A program made the translations under genes and the position numbers. A stretch of 64,000 bases of DNA from Mobula hypostoma (Eukaryota), in contig NC_086107.1 in NCBI RefSeq assembly GCF_963921235.1, positions 94,738,001-94,802,000 on the forward strand, read 5' to 3'. Of this stretch, positions 63,190-64,000 are shown piece by piece (positions within the stretch are counted from its first letter, which is position 1; the number at the start of each line of letters is the position of its first letter). The notes below the pieces were generated by a model. That model saw only the letters and a program-made list of their open reading frames with translations, made no database searches and was not told the origin of the DNA.

Positions 63190-63925
63190 CATGGGTTTCC
63201 ACCAGGGCGGAGTGCTGAGCCCATTGCCGTGCACTCTGCTCACACGTGACTGCACAAACACCCGAGTAATCACGTTGTCAAGTTCGCCGATGACACGACA
63301 GTCACGGGGCTCTTCACGGACAACGATGAGACGGCCTAAGAGAGGAGGTGGAAGAGCTCTAGGTCTGGTGCCAGGCCAACAGCCTCTTCTTCAATGTCAG
63401 GCGAACTCACACCCCTCTTTATATCGGCGGCACGGTAGCGGAAACTACGAGCAGTTTCAAACTCCCAGGACTGCACAGTTCACACACAACCTCCCATGGT
63501 CCCAGAACACATCACCCACCATCAGGAAAGCTCACCAGTGCCTCTACTTTCTGAGGAGGCTGAAGAGAGCTGGACTATGGACATCAATACTCACATCAGA
63601 TGTGCAGTAGAGAGCATCCTAACATGCTGCATCACCGCATGGTACGGAACCTGCACTGCGGCGGGCAGGAAGGCTCTACAGCGGGTAGTCAAAACTGCCC
63701 AACGCATCACTGGCACCAGCCTACCCGCCACCACGCCAACTATATACAGAAAGGTGCCGGAAAAGGGCCAGTAACATCATGAAGGATCCCGCCCACCTTG
63801 TTCCTGGACTGTTTGTCCCAGTTCCACCAGGGAGGAGGCTACAGAGCATCCACGCCAGGACTAACAGACTCAAAAACAGTTATTTTCCCCAAGCAGTAAG
63901 GCTGATCAACACCTCCACCGACTAA
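63190..63925 (+). mobile_element. Rex1/Babar-like LINE RT/3' fragment
   Basis: QGGVLSPL..LLT.DC, KFADDTT, KAHQCLYFLRRLKRAG, RCAVESILTCCITAWYG. Confidence 0.8.
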
Positions 63926-64000
63926 CTCCACCACTGTATCACTTGCTGTCAGTCACCTTACGTACAGACACTCCTGTGCCTAGCGTCACTTTATGGACAT

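Overview
Eukaryotic vertebrate genomic DNA. The repeat content (CR1, V-domain tRNA-SINEs, Rex1/Babar, RTE, Penelope-like, hAT, Tc1) suggests a cartilaginous fish, probably a ray; this is inferred, not verified. Two protein-coding genes lie on the minus strand. (1) The 5' half of MED25: nine coding exons at 34885->7686, all with GT-AG boundaries and consistent phases, plus a probable non-coding first exon and CpG-island promoter at ~43.7-44.3 kb. The gene continues past position 1. (2) The last coding exon (61742->61602) and 3' UTR region of PRR12. Most of the rest is transposon-derived. The most notable signal is a family of minimal type-I hammerhead ribozyme motifs (stem I-CUGAnGA-stem II-GAAACGUC-stem I). 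One sits at the 3' end of a nearly intact Penelope-like element, and many short dispersed copies occur, several as fold-back units with their own 13-15 bp target-site duplications (TSDs). Other notable items are a four-layer nested transposon stack, six CACGTG E-boxes at the MED25 promoter, candidate uORFs, and a structured 5' leader on a full-length RTE.
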